From: Lama glama
Taxonomy: Eukaryota
DNA length: 64,000 bases
Direction of reading: 5' to 3'
Assembly (NCBI GenBank): GCA_028534125.1
Contig: CM052817.1
Location: forward strand, 62,064,001-62,128,000
Shown: positions 61,977 to 64,000 of the stretch, one piece after another
How the letters are laid out: the number at the start of each line of letters is the position of its first letter
Numbering within the stretch: the stretch's first letter is position 1
Notes under the pieces: model-generated
Seen by the model: only the letters and a program-made list of their open reading frames with translations
What the model was told of the DNA's origin: nothing
Database searches by the model: none
Translations under genes and position numbers: made by a program

Positions 61977-64000
61977 TTGTATTTGCTTGCATCATGGAGT
62001 TGATTCCTGAGGCTGCATTGCTTGGTTTTTGGTTTACTCTGGGCATGTGATTTCTGATATTCCCAGAACTCTCTTTCAACAGTATGCTGCCAAGAAAAGG
62101 CTGCATATTTCTGGCCACAATGGGTCTTTATGACCTGGTTTCCTGTCACTGGCTTTCTCAAGCAAAGTTAGGGTGGACTCCAGGGCCTACATAAAAAGGA
62201 GGGTTTATCTGTACTCATTTTCAGCTAACTGCTGTTTTGTTCTGTTAACCTTCTTTTGCTCACTTATGTTTGACAGCTTGATGTGTGCTTTTCATTGTTT
62301 AGGAGTTGCAAAAGTAGCAAGCTACACCACTCACTGTGGGCGACTCCATGCAATTACTACATGCAGTTTTACATTTTTATCACAGTAGAACAAAGGCACT
62401 ATTAGAAAAGTACTATGTGAATGATTATATGAATGAAATAATCACCAAGTTTTTCAAATGAGCATGTAATTAACAAGAATATTCAGTTCAAAGTGGTCAT
62501 GCATTCCTTAACAGGCAGGCAGTCTAAGAAGGAAAGCTATAGTTTTATTTAAGCCTCAGGCTTTACATTACCTATCTGGTTATCAGATGGTCTATGCAGC
62601 ATGGTCTTGAGGTTGTCAGGAAATCTGAAAAGACTACTCCTGCTTCCTGCTCTACTATGCTCTTATTGGTTGGGAAGGAGGGTAAAATAGCTTCAACAGT
62701 GTTATACCAAGATGCTTAATGGTTGTTTCAATCTGTGTTGCTCACGTTGTTTATACACATACTGAAGTGGCATCTGGAAACTTCAGTTTGGAAAACCCCT
62801 AAAAGTGGCCATATTATATCAGGTTTGGGGGCCTTCTTTGATAAGTGATTCAACCATATGAGGCCTCAGCACTCTGTCTTAGCACAGGGCACTGCCACCT
62901 ATTTCTCAATGCAAAGTAACACAGAGGGCGCTTGTTAACTTTGCTGAATTGCCAACACCACATCTCATGCTCTCCATCCTTTATGAAGTTTCCTGGCACC
63001 TACCACGAACATAGAAAACTTTGCTTCCACACCACAAACTCTCTGCATTTGGCCCTTGAAAGGAATTTTGACTGTAGCTCTGGGGCTCTCATACAACACA
63101 TCTTGCGTGGCTCAGATAACAAGGAACAGATTTCTACACTGCCTTGTAACACTCTGCTAATATGCCTCTAAGGATCCCAGGAAGGGAGTCCTTAGAATAT
63201 GAAATAGTCAAACCTCATTAAAAAAATACCTTTTAATAACACCATTTACAAGCACAGACTTTCAACAGGAAACATAAAAGGACAGAGTTATACAGAATGC
63301 CCACTGGAGGTCCATCAACTTCAGTACTTCCTTTTAAAGGGTTGATAAAGTTGCCTGTATGCCTGAACGGAAAATAGCTAATGTAATTCACCTTTTTAAA
63401 GGTTAATCTTGCTGGAAGACAAGAAGTTGAAGGGCAATTTATGTAAACACTGACTGTAGCACCCCATGTGGGCACCTATGTGTCTTTCAAATGCATATAA
63501 CAACACACTCTCTCTCTCTAGTTTTAAGAAATAATTGTTTTTCTAATTTCTAATTCCAGTGAATTTCTAGAAGAGTCAAGCTGGGATATTAATTACATAA
63601 TATCTGCCTTTTACTCTAAGAATTATTTGCCCAAAATCTCACTTATAAATAGAAGAGGCATATCCTTGGGAACAGAATGGCAAAGGCACGGAACTTTAAT
63701 ACATTAATTTTTCTAATAAAAATTTAACAAGTGTTAGTAGAAATGGACAGAAAAAGAAGGAGTACACTCAAGGAACTACACCTAACAGTTGTCAATTAAT
63801 TTATGGCTTGAATAATATATAGCTGACATCATTAGACAGTTTGATATTCTTTATTTGTTGTCATGGCCACAATTACTGCACACTACTTTCTCACAAAGAA
63901 TTTCCAAGATTTTGAATTAAATGATATTACATTTGTTGAGAGCTACTGTATGCAGGCACAGCACTTGGCACTTAAGTACTCAGCCTTCTTAGTCCTTACA

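Larger units (their letters stand above)
37133..64000 (-). other. UNC5C: UNC5C intron 1, 3' portion (exon 1 outside the window)
   Basis: Lies upstream of the exon 2 acceptor; no signal-peptide exon or CpG island in the window. Confidence 0.85.

Noticed and set aside
62917..62932. Second CTCF site (acacAGAGGGCGCT)
   Set aside because: The 3' half matches but the 5' CC is missing, so it is too weak to call without ChIP data.
1..64000. A novel multi-gene, CRISPR-like or defence system
   Set aside because: This is mammalian intronic DNA. There are no long ORFs, no operon structure and no regularly spaced repeat-spacer array, and all recognisable coding signal is UNC5C or L1 ORF2.

Overview
AT-rich, CpG-depleted mammalian genomic DNA, very likely camelid (it carries a tRNA-Ala-derived Vic-1-type SINE and no Alu, Bov-tA or PRE-1 that I could recognise). 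The whole window lies inside the netrin receptor gene UNC5C on the minus strand. Exon 2 (37132-36911, 222 bp) and exon 3 (9628-9485, 144 bp) together encode the first Ig domain. The rest is intron 1 (partial), intron 2 (27,282 bp) and intron 3 (partial), filled with L1, L2, L3, MIR, MaLR/ERV solo LTRs and hAT/TcMar DNA-transposon fossils. I found no evidence for a new gene or multi-gene system. The most interesting unexplained structures are: a degenerate ~220-bp palindrome with a pre-miRNA-sized core at ~13.0 kb; a fold-back MLT2 LTR at 45.2 kb next to a ~140-bp local duplication (45.5/48.5 kb); a dense CTCF/RFX/bHLH/octamer motif cluster at 55.5-56.4 kb; an ERV LTR very close to the exon 2 acceptor; and several odd retrotransposon junctions. 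Repeat family names come from my recall of consensus sequences, not from a database search, and the boundaries of old repeats are approximate.
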